DNA of 64,000 nucleotides from Haplodiscus bocki (taxonomy: Eukaryota), in contig OZ296659.1 in assembly GCA_965655095.1 (NCBI GenBank), forward strand, positions 17,174,001 to 17,238,000, written 5' to 3'. A program made the position numbers and the translations under genes. Shown here in pieces: positions 13,010-25,356 of this stretch (the first letter of the stretch is position 1; the number at the start of each line of letters is the position of its first letter). The notes under the pieces were generated by a model. It saw only the letters and a list, made by a program, of their open reading frames with translations, was not told the DNA's origin and ran no database searches.

Positions 13010-13995
13010 CATGGAATTAATAAAAAGGTGTGGTAATGNNNNNNNNNNNNNNNNNNNNNNNNNNNNNNNNNNNNNNNNNNNNNNNNNNNNNNNNNNNNNN
13101 NNNNNNNNNNNNNNNNNNNNNNNNNNNNNNNNNNNNNNNNNNNNNNNNNNNNNNNNNNNNNNNNNNNNNNNNNNNNNNNNNNNNNNNNNNNNNNNNNNNN
13201 NNNNNNNNNNNNNNNNNNNNNNNNNNNNNNNNNNNNNNAATCTAAAACACATTTGAGACTGAAGACATTTCTAGAATAAACAGTAACAATACAGATAGTA
13301 TTTACACCCATGTCAATCCGGATTTCGAATGAGCAGATAATTTAATTGAAAGAGCTATTGATGATTGTACATAACATTTTGTTGATGTAAATATAAGCGT
13401 GTATTTGTACTAAAACTTATTCTTGCAACACATGGCACTACAAACGTTTTCATATTGACAAACAAATTTAATAGTCAAAACGAGGAAGTATATGAGCAAA
13501 CGAATTAACTCAACAAATGGATGACTTTGAACCAGGAGAAAATGGTACTTTCTTTGATAGCATAAACAATCTAACAGTAAAAAGGTTTAGATACCAAGAT
13601 AAAAAAGCATCTAGTTATTGCAAACTACCTAAACCACTTTGCAATTCAAAACCTACTATAAACAATCCAATTGCAGATAATTTTTCTTTTTTGCGGTGTT
13701 TTTTAACATGTAAATGAAAAGTAGAGAGTCACCTTGTACAAGTATTAAAACACGCAAATCATATTCATGAACTTATTTAAGGTTACATACAACTTCCTAT
13801 GGAAATGAAAGATATACCACCATTTGAAGGATTGAATAAGCTCTATATAATTGTTTTTGAGTTATCATCTAATGACAAAACACATTTTGAACTAAATATT
13901 CTAACAAAAACTACTATGAAGATCAAATAGATCTACTAATTTACGAAAGCCATTATTGAATAAGAACTATTTTAAATAACTTTTGTAGAAAAAAA
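13010..13995 (+). pseudogene. Protein-primed DNA polymerase B, N-terminal region
   Basis: FDSINNLT..ASSYCKLPKPLCNSK..DNFSFLRCFL..PMEMKDIPPFEGLN..IDLLIYESHY resembles the Polinton pPolB N-terminus. Confidence 0.7.
13039..13238. other. Assembly gap, exactly 200 N
   Basis: Run of N. Confidence 1.
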
Positions 13996-15187
13996 ATGAG
14001 TAACCGAGCACCACATGTAAATCGTGAAGTTGTGACCAGAGCAATGGCACCTTAAAAATTCTGAGGCAACCTTTCGCCTTTCGAAGTAATTCGTCTAATT
14101 TTTCAATTTTTCAAATTTTCGGAATTGTGAAGAGAAAAGAAGTCAGAGATAAAATTGACTACAATTGGAACTACACGCAAGTTTAGCAGAATTTCGACCA
14201 TATTTTTCAACAACTGCAACAAAATGTGAATGAAAACCTTCCATTTAATGAACCTAAATTTGAAAAGTTGTCACTGAAGCCGTTAATGGAAAAAAGTAGG
14301 AGCGTAGTTTTACTTAGGGCACCAACTGTCAATCAAAACTTTGATCAAAAAGTCAAATTCCGACAAGTACCGGCTATGAATCTGAAGTTTGATTAAACAT
14401 GTGCTCCCAGTTGACTCCATTTTTACGCCCAAAGTTTAGGAAGTTTGTACAGTGGAAAAAAACAGGAAAATCAACAAGAACCCGCAAATCCGACTCAAAC
14501 TTGGAAAATTGATACGTCAATTGTCTATTCAGGTTATGCCAGTTTGCAGCCGCATGTCTGGATTTTATTGTTAACAATGCGAGAAGAAACACGTCCCTCC
14601 CAAAAAGAGACAATTTTTGATCGTTTACAGTGAATGAATATGCCAATGACGCCAAAAAAATTGAACTTTGGACATGAGAACGCAGCATATGCCGGTTTCC
14701 GGAACACAATTTTCCTTTCAGTCTAAATGTGAAAACGTTATGTCCTCGCTAAAAGGTATCAAAAAGGTGAGGCATCAAGGATGCTAGAAATTTAGCGTAG
14801 TCAAAAATGGAGAAAAAACTACGAAGCAAGCAGAAATTGACTGATAAATTTGCAAAATAAAAAACAAGGATGACAATCAGGTCAAATTTTAGATCAATTT
14901 ATTCAAACACTACACGTACTTGAAAACAGACAGTGATTAGTGACGTAGAAAAAGAATAAAAGAATGGCAATACATTCTTTCAAGATTCACTATCCGTCAC
15001 TTCATTGTTTCACCCTAGAGAAGTGAAGTTTTTACTGCAAGCGAAATTCAAAAATGGAAAATAAACAAAATATAACACATCGCAATATTACACTTCAGTG
15101 TAGTATTAGCTTCATCGATTAATGGAGGAATGAAGAAGTTCCGACTGCGCACGCTAATTTTCACACAAACTTTCATTTAATTTAGCA

Positions 15188-15712
15188 GTCAGGTTGTTGT
15201 ACGGCTGCGCCAGATTGGCAGTGTAAAAGGCTCCTGGGCAGTGGCTCGGATGCAACTTTGTCACTCTCCTTTAACCCAGCTCAGTCGATTACTCTAGCTG
15301 TCTTGAGAGAATGATAAAACATTTCATTTGTTCACTGACTGCTTCTTGGGTAAGAACACGAACTTCTGGGACTTCTTCTTTTGTGTTTTCTGATGAGTTG
15401 CCTACCCTATTGTCCTCAAAACTACCATTTTTACTTAGCTTGTGCTCTGTGTTCGTATTATACCTCTTACCGTTCCTTAGTTGGCAATATGGGGGAAAGC
15501 AAGCATTCAAGTTTTAACACTTGAATTTAACGAAGTTTATAAATGTTTTTATGTACACTAAATGTCAGAAACTTAATGTACGCTGATTAGCAAATGCGGA
15601 TGAAAAATGATATAGACGCAAGCCCTTGATCAGTGTGAGCAAGTATCAGCTCTGACAAAATTCCATTGCACTGTGTAGATAGCACGTCGTGATATGACTT
15701 GAAGAGCGGTTA
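15188..15712 (-). mobile_element. Fragment of a Gypsy-like LTR/gag N-terminus (truncated copy at ~10138-10303)
   Basis: YCQLRNGKRY..VLTQEAVSEQMK..RQLE (ORF 15289-15510) is gag-start-like and interrupts the 1-kb repeat. Confidence 0.45.
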
Positions 15713-16824
15713 GATGAAATGCAAAAACGTCTTTTTTTTACTCTCACTGATTTCTCGGTTTTACTTAAACAAGACAAGCGAATGTTGGAAGCAGAGGAAA
15801 GTACTTCAAAAGGAAGAAAATTCAACACTTAAAGTAATTTTTTGAACTACTTCTCGCTGTATCATTAGACTTATCACAAAAACACTGTCTCTCTGATCAA
15901 GGAAAAAAACTATTCTACACACGTTCTTTGTTATTAATTTTTCCAAGATCAGAGTGTAGTCCGGAACAATTTTTTATAAAAAATTCCAAAAAAGTTCAGG
16001 TCGATATTTATTTCTGGAAATAACGTTTTGTTCTCGAAAAACAACAAAACCAGGCTTCCTAGTTTGGCGGTTGCCGGTAGCCGCAAAAAAAGAATAGATG
16101 CAGTGCAGATTTGTGTAACATATTTCGACTTGTCAGTTGAGATCATTAACAATGAAAGGCAATGGGAAACATGATTAGCATGAAGTAATTAAAGGATACC
16201 ATAAGAACTCCTACATCAACTGCCACTCAGGAAATTGTTCAAGAAGTGAATATGAAAAACAACGCTTGCCAAGAAAACTAACATGAACTTTGACATGACA
16301 ATTTTTTTATCAAATCAAGTGTTTTAGCCGTCCAGGTTTCGAGAATTGTTTACCGTGAAGACGTATGATTGAACAAATGTTTTGCCAAAAGAAGCTGTTC
16401 TGGACTCTTTACATTATGAAACGAGTCTATCCAACAAAACAAAATTAATTCTTCAAAGGTGGAGAAAATGATGCATGGACCGGTTTTTAGTTCCTGTTCT
16501 TTTCCCAAACCAATATTGTTTGTGTTCGAATAATTTTATCAGAAAAGAGTCAACTTGTTAGCTAGTCAAAAAGTGTTGAGAGTGTAACATAATGAAAAAC
16601 TAATTAACCGCCATCAGCAACAATTAGGTTGTACTTTAGAAAAAACGAAAATTAATACTTGAACTGGGTTGCCACTTTCGAAATTATTTGAATCAACTGA
16701 CTAAGTGTTCTTGAAAACAAACTATGAAGAGTGATAGAAAAGTGGTTAGGTGAAATGCAGAAACTTCTTCCTCTTTAATCTCACTAACTTCTAGGTGTTA
16801 TCTAGAGAAATATATTGTTGGATT

Positions 16825-17270
16825 AGTAAATGATAAAACCAACTACGGGCCGAAATTAGTACAAAATACCAAAGAAGAACAGTGAAAAACAGCAAAATTC
16901 AAAGAAATTTAGCCAAAATCACCCAAATTTTCCTTGAATTAAGCAAAAACTTGGCAAAAAATGTGAAAATAGGCCATGGCCGTACAATATCCCATAGTTT
17001 GTAAAAAAAAATAATTTTCTGTACCATATCAATGGAGGTACAGAGGGATTTATAAATATACTATGTCAATGGGGGTACTCTCGAATTACAAAAAATAAAT
17101 AAAATAAAAAAATAAAATGAAAAAAATTAAAGAATAAAATTTTTTTTATACTACAATGGGGGTACACAAGAATTTTAAGAAAATAATTAGAATAAAAGAG
17201 TTAAGAAAGTGAAAAAAAATTAAGAAACTAAGGCTTTGTATATTACTATACCAATAGGGTTACATAGGTT
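16825..17270 (+). repeat. Polinton left TIR, copy 2
   Basis: Same AGTAAATGATAAAACC start as at 11417. Confidence 0.75.
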
Positions 17271-18344
17271 TTATGAATTAAAAAAAAACAAATTGAAAAA
17301 TATGAAAAAGTTTTAGAAATTTCTAAAAATTAGTAGGTAAAAAATATTGAAAAAAAATTTTAAAGTAAACTGAATTTTTTTTGTTTGATTTGTATACCGG
17401 AGCGTGGTTGATATTTCTGTCACCTTTCAGAAGAGATGGAACAACTAAAATTGAAAAAAAAACACTCCAAAAACATAAAATGCAAATGGAAAATTTTACA
17501 CTTGTAATTCAACTAAAACATAGCTCAGTAACAAAACATGGTATTGTAGTTTATGTGATAAAACATGACTGTTGAAAGCAAAACTGGACTTATCACTTCT
17601 AAATATCACAAAGGCAGATAACGATTTAGTTCCATTGTTAAAAAATAAAATTAGCTACTCCTGAAAATATTCGGATAGAAAAAATGTTTTAAATTGTTAT
17701 TAAAGATTGTAAGGATTAACAATTCCATATTTCGAGTATAGATCTGAATTTGATATAGTTTTCGAAAACAAGACATCTAGTGGAGTGTTTCATTTTACAA
17801 CTTTTAACGATTTTAAGCTATTCCCGTACCAATCCGACAGACTGAATAAAACAGTTGGTGAATACGAAAAAAAGTAATACAAACTCATTGAAAGGAAAAA
17901 GTTGAAAATCAAAACTAATTCAAGCCTAACGTATTTAAACCTGTCACAATATTTGAAGATACGTTTACCAAAAATACATGTAAATTTTTTTAGAATAGTA
18001 TCAAAAAACCCTCCATTCCTCAACACATTGACTGATAGAAGAAACCCACACTTTTACAGCTATCAGCAAGGGGTTTTTTAAAATGATTGATTCCTTTGCA
18101 TGTGACAATAAAATTAAAATTATACAACCAAAAAAAAGCAATTCAACTTGTTTCTACAAAAAATTGGAGACTTGTCCGGGTTAAATAAAACAAAAAAAAC
18201 GGAATATTGGGTACAACCATGAATTACCATACTCTCATCTCGCACAAAAAACCAATGATTTCAAAAAAGAGAAATACCAAAAAATTATTATAATATAGAT
18301 AATAATTTCTATGCTTCTATAATATAGAAGCATAGAAAACGTGG

Positions 18345-20455
18345 TTCGGAACGTGCAAAAAATGGGGATCCTCACTCAGTTTGCAAAAATTACCTGCAGA
18401 CCATTGTCATCTATTTGGCAGATTCAGAGGATTAGCACATAGCAAATGTCTTTTAAATACACGAGAAGCCCACTCCTTATTTTTACCAAATCTTTTCAAC
18501 ATTTTTTCATGACATGATAGTCACCTAATTTATGAGAAAACAATCAAAAAGTCCGCTTTAGAAAAAATTGAGCAAAGAAAAGAAGATTCAATAGCAAAAT
18601 CGTCAGAATTTTACATATCTGTAGAAATTGAATGTTTGAAAGATTTGTTTTGGTATAGATTGTTGGATACTAGTTTAGATAAAATATCTACAGGATTAAG
18701 ATATATCCCGTCTCTAGATGCATATGGAATGAAAATTGAACTATTCAAAAAAATTAGCATATCCATATGAAAAAGACAATTAACTGAATCATTATACAAA
18801 CCACTACAATTAGGAAAAGAAGACTACTTTTCTATTTTTGCCTTAATCCAAATAACAAATAATTGCAATGATTTTTTGAAGGAATATTAAAGGCACCAGT
18901 CGTAGTTGTAAGAAAGAAATTATCCAATAAAAAAGAAATAACGATGTTTTATTTGAAAACCGATGTATTAATAGTAACAGATATTTTCCAAATCTATATA
19001 GATACATGAAAATCTGCACATGGCATTAAACCACTTTGTTCAAATAGTACACTAGGCCTAACATAATAAGCAGGTTTTCATACACCGAAGTTCATTTAAA
19101 TTGCATAACTGAATATAAGCTTAGAATATTACTTGAAAACAACATGCAAGAGGGACCATCATCTTGCAAGGGTAACCATCATGCAAAACGAAGAAAAAGA
19201 AAAATACTATATGAAGATATGACCAACCAATGTAGTTAGAGTATGTCACAATATTTGCCAACAGGAGATTTTCATGAAATTGATTTTACCAAAAAAATGA
19301 AACAATTTTCTCAAAAACATTTTTAAGAACTCCTGATAAAAGTGAATGTGGATACTTAATCCATCCAATACACATGAAAAAACAACAGTTCCCATTGCGC
19401 GCAGAGGGAAAAAGAACAAAAATGGTAGGAGAATTTTCACCGTATATGGTGGAAAATAATCCACAAAACATAAACCTACCGAAAAACTGACTATGTATCA
19501 AACACGTAGACAAAGATATTTCATACATTATACAGATTTATATTTGTATATAAAACATGGAATCAAAGTTATAAAAAAACACACTGTTTATCAATTTGAG
19601 CAATCTCTTTGACTAGCGAAGTATATTAAAAAAAATACAGAACAAACAATGAAAGCAAAAACAGAAATCGAGAAACAAAACTACATATTAATGAAAAATC
19701 CTTTCTATGGAAAAACAAAAAGAAATATCAGAAAAAACTCAAGCCTTGCTTTGATAGAATCAGATAACTTTAGAAGACTAATTTGACATCCGAAATGTTT
19801 TTTTGATGACAAATTTGCAAATTATGAAAAAGTTAATACAAATTCATTCAATAAAGGAAGCATTAAATTTACAACACCTATTCATGTTGGATTTTGTGTA
19901 TTAGAATGATCAAAATCTCTAATGTATGAATGGTATTATGACAAAATGAAACCGTTTTCCGGAGAGGATTACTTGGAGTTTCGTCATTTTAATACCGATT
20001 CTTTCGTATTTTCATGCAAATCAATTAAAGGCCTAATTGAAGATATAAAACTATTTGAGGAGGATTTCGATTTTAGTGATTTGGATTCATCTCATGAACT
20101 ATATTAAGAAGACAATAAAAAATTCGTTGGAAAATTGAAATTAAGAACAACTCCAGAATTAGATTTAGGTGAAGCAGTACTTTTAGGAAGTACTTCTGCG
20201 TAAAGAAAACAAAACAGTCCGAATTGCAAGCACAAAGGAGTGCAAATTCATATTCATATTAAATACACTCTAGAAGACTATAATCATTGATCAGAGAATA
20301 GAAGAAATATTTCTGGTGTTAATTATTCTTTCAGAATTAAAAAACATGCAATTTCAATGGTAAAACAAAAAAGATAGCTCTAAATACATTTGATGAAAGT
20401 TGCTATATTGATAAATATACTAAACACTAGTGTACCATGAGGCTATAATCCTTGC
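18345..20455 (+). pseudogene. Protein-primed DNA polymerase B, catalytic region
   Basis: DHCHLFGRFRGLAH (~18399), YLKTDVL, LLENNMQEGPSS, motif A YEDMTN (~19210), motif B LMKNPFYGKT (~19690), motif C HFNTDSF (ORF 19922-20107), KHKGVQ. Confidence 0.88.
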
Positions 20456-20459
20456 GCAG

Positions 20460-21310
20460 GAGTGACACAGAGAACAGATGAAAGTTTTTCTTATAGGTGA
20501 AACTGTTTTGAAACCACCAGAAATGACTTTTTTCATCAACAAAACGAATGTTTACCATATGGATGGTTTTGGAGTCTAGAGATATTAGATGTGAAGGATT
20601 GTGGAGATGAAAATAATAGAGGTTATACGTATGTTTCAGTTGTGATTGACAATTTCAGCAAGACTGGATGGACAGCGCTTTTAAAAACTGAAGTTGTGCA
20701 AACAATAACAAACCCTTTTCGAAACACTATCAGGTCCTCCAAAAAAAGATCAAAGAAATTTGAAATTAGTGACAGATCCTAGTTTGCTAACAAAACTTTC
20801 AATACTCTCCTAAATAGCATTATCATTAAAATGTTTTCTATAAATACCTCCTTAAGAGCTGCTTTTGCAGAACGTTTCAATCGTACTATCAGAAAAATCT
20901 TCATAAAGCCTGTTTTTGACAAAGGTGAAAGCACTTAGGTAGAACTTTCACCCACAATAACGAAACAAACTTTTAATACAGAACAATCGTCTACTAAATT
21001 AACACCAATCCAAACTTCTTTGAAAGAGAATGAAAGATTTGTTTACGAAAATATAATGAACAAAAAAAATCAAAAGCAGAGTTTAAAGATCGCGATCTCG
21101 TTAGAGCGGCAGATTTAAAGAGATTTTTCACAAAAGGAGATACAGGGAGTCGGTCATATGAACTATATAAAATTATTGAAATTATTAATGATGCCAGACG
21201 AAACTATAAAATAGATGAATAACTTGAGAGGTATCATCAAGCGTTACTGAAAAAGATGCAGTTAGGAAAGAAAGAAAACGATAGTGTCATGAAAAAATTG
21301 AATAACATCA
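20460..21310 (+). pseudogene. Retroviral-like (rve) integrase of the Polinton
   Basis: NNRGYTYVSVVIDNFSKTGW (ORF 20591-20782), AAFAERFNRTIR, SSTKLTPIQTS, DLVRAADLK..KGDT. Confidence 0.88.
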
Positions 21311-21315
21311 TTTAC

Positions 21316-22590
21316 TTTAAATCAATTTGCCTTCGACCATCACTACTAAGTGATATTTTATAAATAGTTAAAAGAAGAGCATATCTTCTTAGATTTGTTG
21401 CAGCTGAAACGGCTGGTCTGAAATCAAATCTTTTTTTGACGGGTTGAGCAGAACTAAAATCCTTGTGATGACGAATATGACAAACATATAAGTTATAATC
21501 AGGGTCACTTTCCGGATATTTATTAAAATTTATCAGTCATTTTGTCTAAAATATGGCTGTAAAATGTTATCTTCAGCTGAATGTCTGAAAAGGGAAACAA
21601 TTTCTCCAATTACTTTTATCTTTTGCAAATTCACAAATTATTTCTTCATCTGGATATTTTCCACTTCCAAAAAAACTTAGGGAATTTTTTACAGTTGGTC
21701 TAAAAAATGTATCATTATTTTGTTGTTGTTGATTGAGTAGCACTTTTTGCATAAATCCTACCTTAACAAAAATATGAATATCAATACCATCTCCTACAGC
21801 CAGCTTGAAAGTCCAAATCTTTCCTTATTTGCAGTAGTTACAATTTTTGTTTAGGATGATTTTCTAATATACGATAAATCTGTTGCGGCTCTAGATACAA
21901 TATGCCCCAACATTCTTTCTTGATTTATTACATTTGGAGTATAATGTGGGACATACCAACTTACATGGTCTTTAATTACTCTTTCTGCCAAAGCAAGATT
22001 TGTTGCATCATTAGCTATTGCCGGATGACGTAAAACATGATTATCACTAATTTTTGTAAGGTTAATTTACATCCTAAACGATAGGAAGCATTTTCCTGAT
22101 AATCTGCACAACTGAAAAACATCTTTTAGAAAAAATCTAATATGATAATTTCCATTAGTTGTTTTATGATCAGTCAATTCTCTTTCTCGAGATTCAATAC
22201 CTCATTGAAAAGCATTTGATAAATCGTCACTATCTTTGCCACTTGATTACAATTTGTACATTAAAAAAATGAGCATTGTGTACTTCCTCTGTTTCCGTCC
22301 AATTAGAGTTTGTCAATGTGTAATAATTGAAAAACGCAAAGGACCTAAATGTATTAATCTTGTTTGGTCTCCATTTGCATATTGGGCATGAACACCAGCT
22401 CTATGAGTTACATTAAAATCCAATTCAAGACAACTGTTTTTTAAAGAAATATCACTACTTTCGCAACGTACTTCAAAAAAAGTTGACTATTTTCTCCAAT
22501 TACAAGATTCAACGAAAGTGGAGTATATCTAATAAAACCGTATTTGAGAATAGGTCTATGAACAGCAGAGTTTTGTGATAGGTTAAACAA
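21316..22590 (-). pseudogene. Major capsid protein (double jelly-roll, inferred)
   Basis: ~420-codon frameshifted ORF (RPILKYGFIRYTP..LELDFNVTH..YVPHYTPN..IRHHKDFSSAQPVK.RFDF); size and position between integrase and ATPase fit the MCP. Confidence 0.7.
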
Positions 22591-22594
22591 CTGG

Positions 22595-23442
22595 TAAAGT
22601 GAAAACTTGGTAAAACTTTTTTGTGTTGAGTGGGAAAATTAGGTTTTTACTCTAATGAATTAACAACTCTAGCAACACTTCCTATCTCAAACCTATTTGT
22701 ATCATTTCCGGTTTATTTTTCTTGGATTATCAAAAATAATCTCTCACATGTTTCATTCGTACTTTGTGAAAATAAAATGGTTCTCTCTGATACTTTTAAC
22801 TCAGATGTAATTAAAGCTCTTTTATGAAAGGAGTTCTTTACGAGATTTCTATCTATCAAACTCTTACTTAGAGCATTTCCAACAAAACGGAGTTCTTTCA
22901 TAAAATCGATACTCACTTCTGCATCTCATGAATGTGTTGTATTAACTTTATAATCAGTAATCATCTTCAGAACATCTTGTCTCAAGATGAAAATTTTACC
23001 ACTGTTTTTAAAAACTAACTTATCGTCGTATAATGTATTTTTTTCTCAATTCATTACATATTCATTCCAATTATCATTATCAGGATCTTCCTACAATCAA
23101 AATTGACCTTTAATTGTCGGTGCCAAGAGTTTTGCTAGGGGTTTAGTCAAACTTGAATCAATTAGTCCATTTTTATTCCTTAGCTCTAATGCGTTTTAAT
23201 GAATATTTGATTCAACCAGCTCCTCAATCACTTTTGTTTTGGATTTAGTCTCCTCAAGTTACTTTTGGCTGGTATCTGTAACTGCTTCAGTTCTCGGTTC
23301 AAATAGTTCTTTTGTATCATATTGAAAGCCCTGTTTAACTAACTTCTCAAACAATAAATCTTGTTTTACTCTCGATTTTAGATCTGCCAATTCTTCCAAG
23401 TCTTTTATATCATTTTAGTTTGTATTGATTTTATCATTCCAT
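22595..23442 (-). pseudogene. Polinton uncharacterised ORF
   Basis: EKLVKQGFQYDTKELFEP..TILFSQSTNETCERLFLIIQEK.TGND (includes ORF 22713-22916). Confidence 0.55.
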
Positions 23443-23499
23443 TTAATATCTCAGGAAAAAAATTGAGAACGTTTTTGCGCGCTCATTATGTTCCAAAAA

Positions 23500-24235
23500 C
23501 TAAAATGGATTGGTTTCAGGAGCACATTCAATGCTTGTGTCTTTGTTTCCCTTACAAAAGAATATCTTCCTTGATCTCGTCTTTTAGGTCGATCGATACT
23601 AAGATAGTTGCATTCATCTTTCCAAAAATTTTCGCATGTTTTTTTGAAATTCGTTATAATACATATCATATGGACCAACGTCTCTATGTAAAATTTCAAT
23701 ATGTTTTTTTGTTTGACTAAACAGGCTTATTTTGTTACGGTTATTTCTCATAGTTCTCCTTGGTATTTCAAAATAGGATTGTATTAGATAATATATATTT
23801 AAATTTTGATGTCGTCCTCTTATGAAAAACTGATCTATCTATTTGCTATTTGATTTGCCGATAATATCATCAAATACTCTGAAAGCATTTTTGTATTCGT
23901 TTAGAAGTTTAATTTCCTAACCTTATTTTGATTCTGATTTTCGAACTGGAGTACTGTTCAGGAGTTGGTTTGGTGATTATACAAAAATCTCGATCGGGCA
24001 GTCGTTAAAACTTTTTCAGCATTAAATGAGTTTAACCTGAAAAAGATGGTCCTACAAAGAGTTTTTCTTTGTTGTTGAATTGTTCATTAAGTCTTGAAAG
24101 GCTGTTTTTCTCCTTAATTTTAATTTATTTTCTTTTCTTTCTACTGTAACAGTTCTCACATATAGTTTAATTTTTTTTAGAATTATCTTCATCTAACTCT
24201 ATGTTACATGAAGCAAAATTTTTCGTATTGCCCAT
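23500..24235 (-). pseudogene. A32/FtsK-like packaging ATPase
   Basis: Walker A LFVGPSFSG*T (24030-24062), RGRH-like motif near 23815, PRRTMRNN, C-terminal CNYLSIDRPK (ORF 23451-23699). Confidence 0.8.
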
Positions 24236-24349
24236 TTAAAGTACAGAACAGTTCACATGTCATCAAAAGAGAACAGTTCTATGAGAAAAGTTTTTGGATT
24301 TTTTGACTCAATTTTAATTTATCATTACTAAAAAATTTAAATATGTATG

Positions 24350-24890
24350 TAATTGCAAAAAAGATTCATTTTCTGTTTCATCAACGTACTTAGTAAAAAT
24401 CTCACATACAGTTTTATATTCAATTTCATCAATTACATTATGTTGTAAACTTTTTCTATTTAATTTTTCGAAAAATTTAATGGTTTGCCGATATTTTTTT
24501 TATTGTTTTTTGTACCTAATATACTTTTGCATAACTATCTCATATATTACTTTATTACCAACTGATAATCCACATGTTGTTGCAGCTGATATTGGTATAG
24601 CTATTAAACCAGTTCCTGTAACAGATAAATTGATAGAACTAGTTGTTGTGGCAATACTAGCAAAGGTATTGAATGATTTTAATATTGTGGTAAACAACCT
24701 ATAATATTTATATCTCTTTTTTGATTTATTATTTTTGTCTATGAAATAATTTATCATTTTTTAAGGTTGTTAATTGTGTTTTTAGGACTTTCTACATCAT
24801 TAATTTTTTTTCTAACCTCTGTTCCAAATCAATACTTTGTAATTGTGCAGATGGGCATAGTCTTGTTGTTTTTTTGTTCCCTTAGACGGC
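24350..24890 (-). pseudogene. Small Polinton membrane-helix ORF
   Basis: YFIDKNNKSKKRYK followed by hydrophobic FASIATTTSSINLSVTGTGLIAIPISAATTCGLSVG (ORF 24500-24757). Confidence 0.6.
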
Positions 24891-24894
24891 ATAA

Positions 24895-25293
24895 AACCAA
24901 GCAGATTTTCCAAATTGTAACTCTTTTCCTGTATGAGAAAATTTATCACATCAGATAATGTTGTCAAGCTGCTTTGGGTTTCGAGATGCAAATGCTGTAA
25001 CAACGTTAGAACCAATCTCCAAAGCTCTCCCGGGACTTTTCAAAATCTTGTTTGCCATCTTCTCTGATGCATTGAGCCCTTTTTTTAACCAGATTCTTCA
25101 AAAAGTTACGTAATCCTTCAGCTGCTTTCGTGTTATTAGTAACAGTCACAGATTTTTTTCTATTACATATTGAACATTGGCCAATTATTACCTAACTAAC
25201 TTTAGAAGTTTTATCACGAACAACCATTGTGGTACCAGATCTGTGTCTTCCTTCAACACAATGAAAATCTTTTTTAAAATTCTGGAAACTCAT
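24895..25293 (-). pseudogene. Small ORF: Zn-ribbon-like N-terminus and cationic amphipathic helix
   Basis: HCVEGRH..GQCSICNRKKSV..AAEGLRNFLKNLVKKGLNASEKMANKILKSPGRALEIG..LSDVINF. Confidence 0.55.
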
Positions 25294-25356
25294 TTAGATA
25301 GCATGAAAGGCTATCAAATTGGTAACACAATTAAAAGATCTAAAGGTATCAGTTTT

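Larger units (their letters stand above)
13995..18262 (+). repeat. Segmental duplication copy 2 (1-kb units, LTR fragment, second Polinton left TIR and accessory ORF)
   Basis: Aligns to 3400-4500 plus 10042-12945; junction microhomology AAAAATGAGTAA at ~3398 and ~13992. Confidence 0.9.

Noticed and set aside
12917-13311. ORFs spanning the N run
   Set aside because: Artefacts of the gap.
3400-18262. Duplication as an uncollapsed-haplotype artefact at the gap
   Set aside because: The duplication junction (~13995) lies ~750 bp inside contiguous sequence, pPolB appears continuous across the gap, and the copies differ substantially in places; reads are still needed to exclude it fully.
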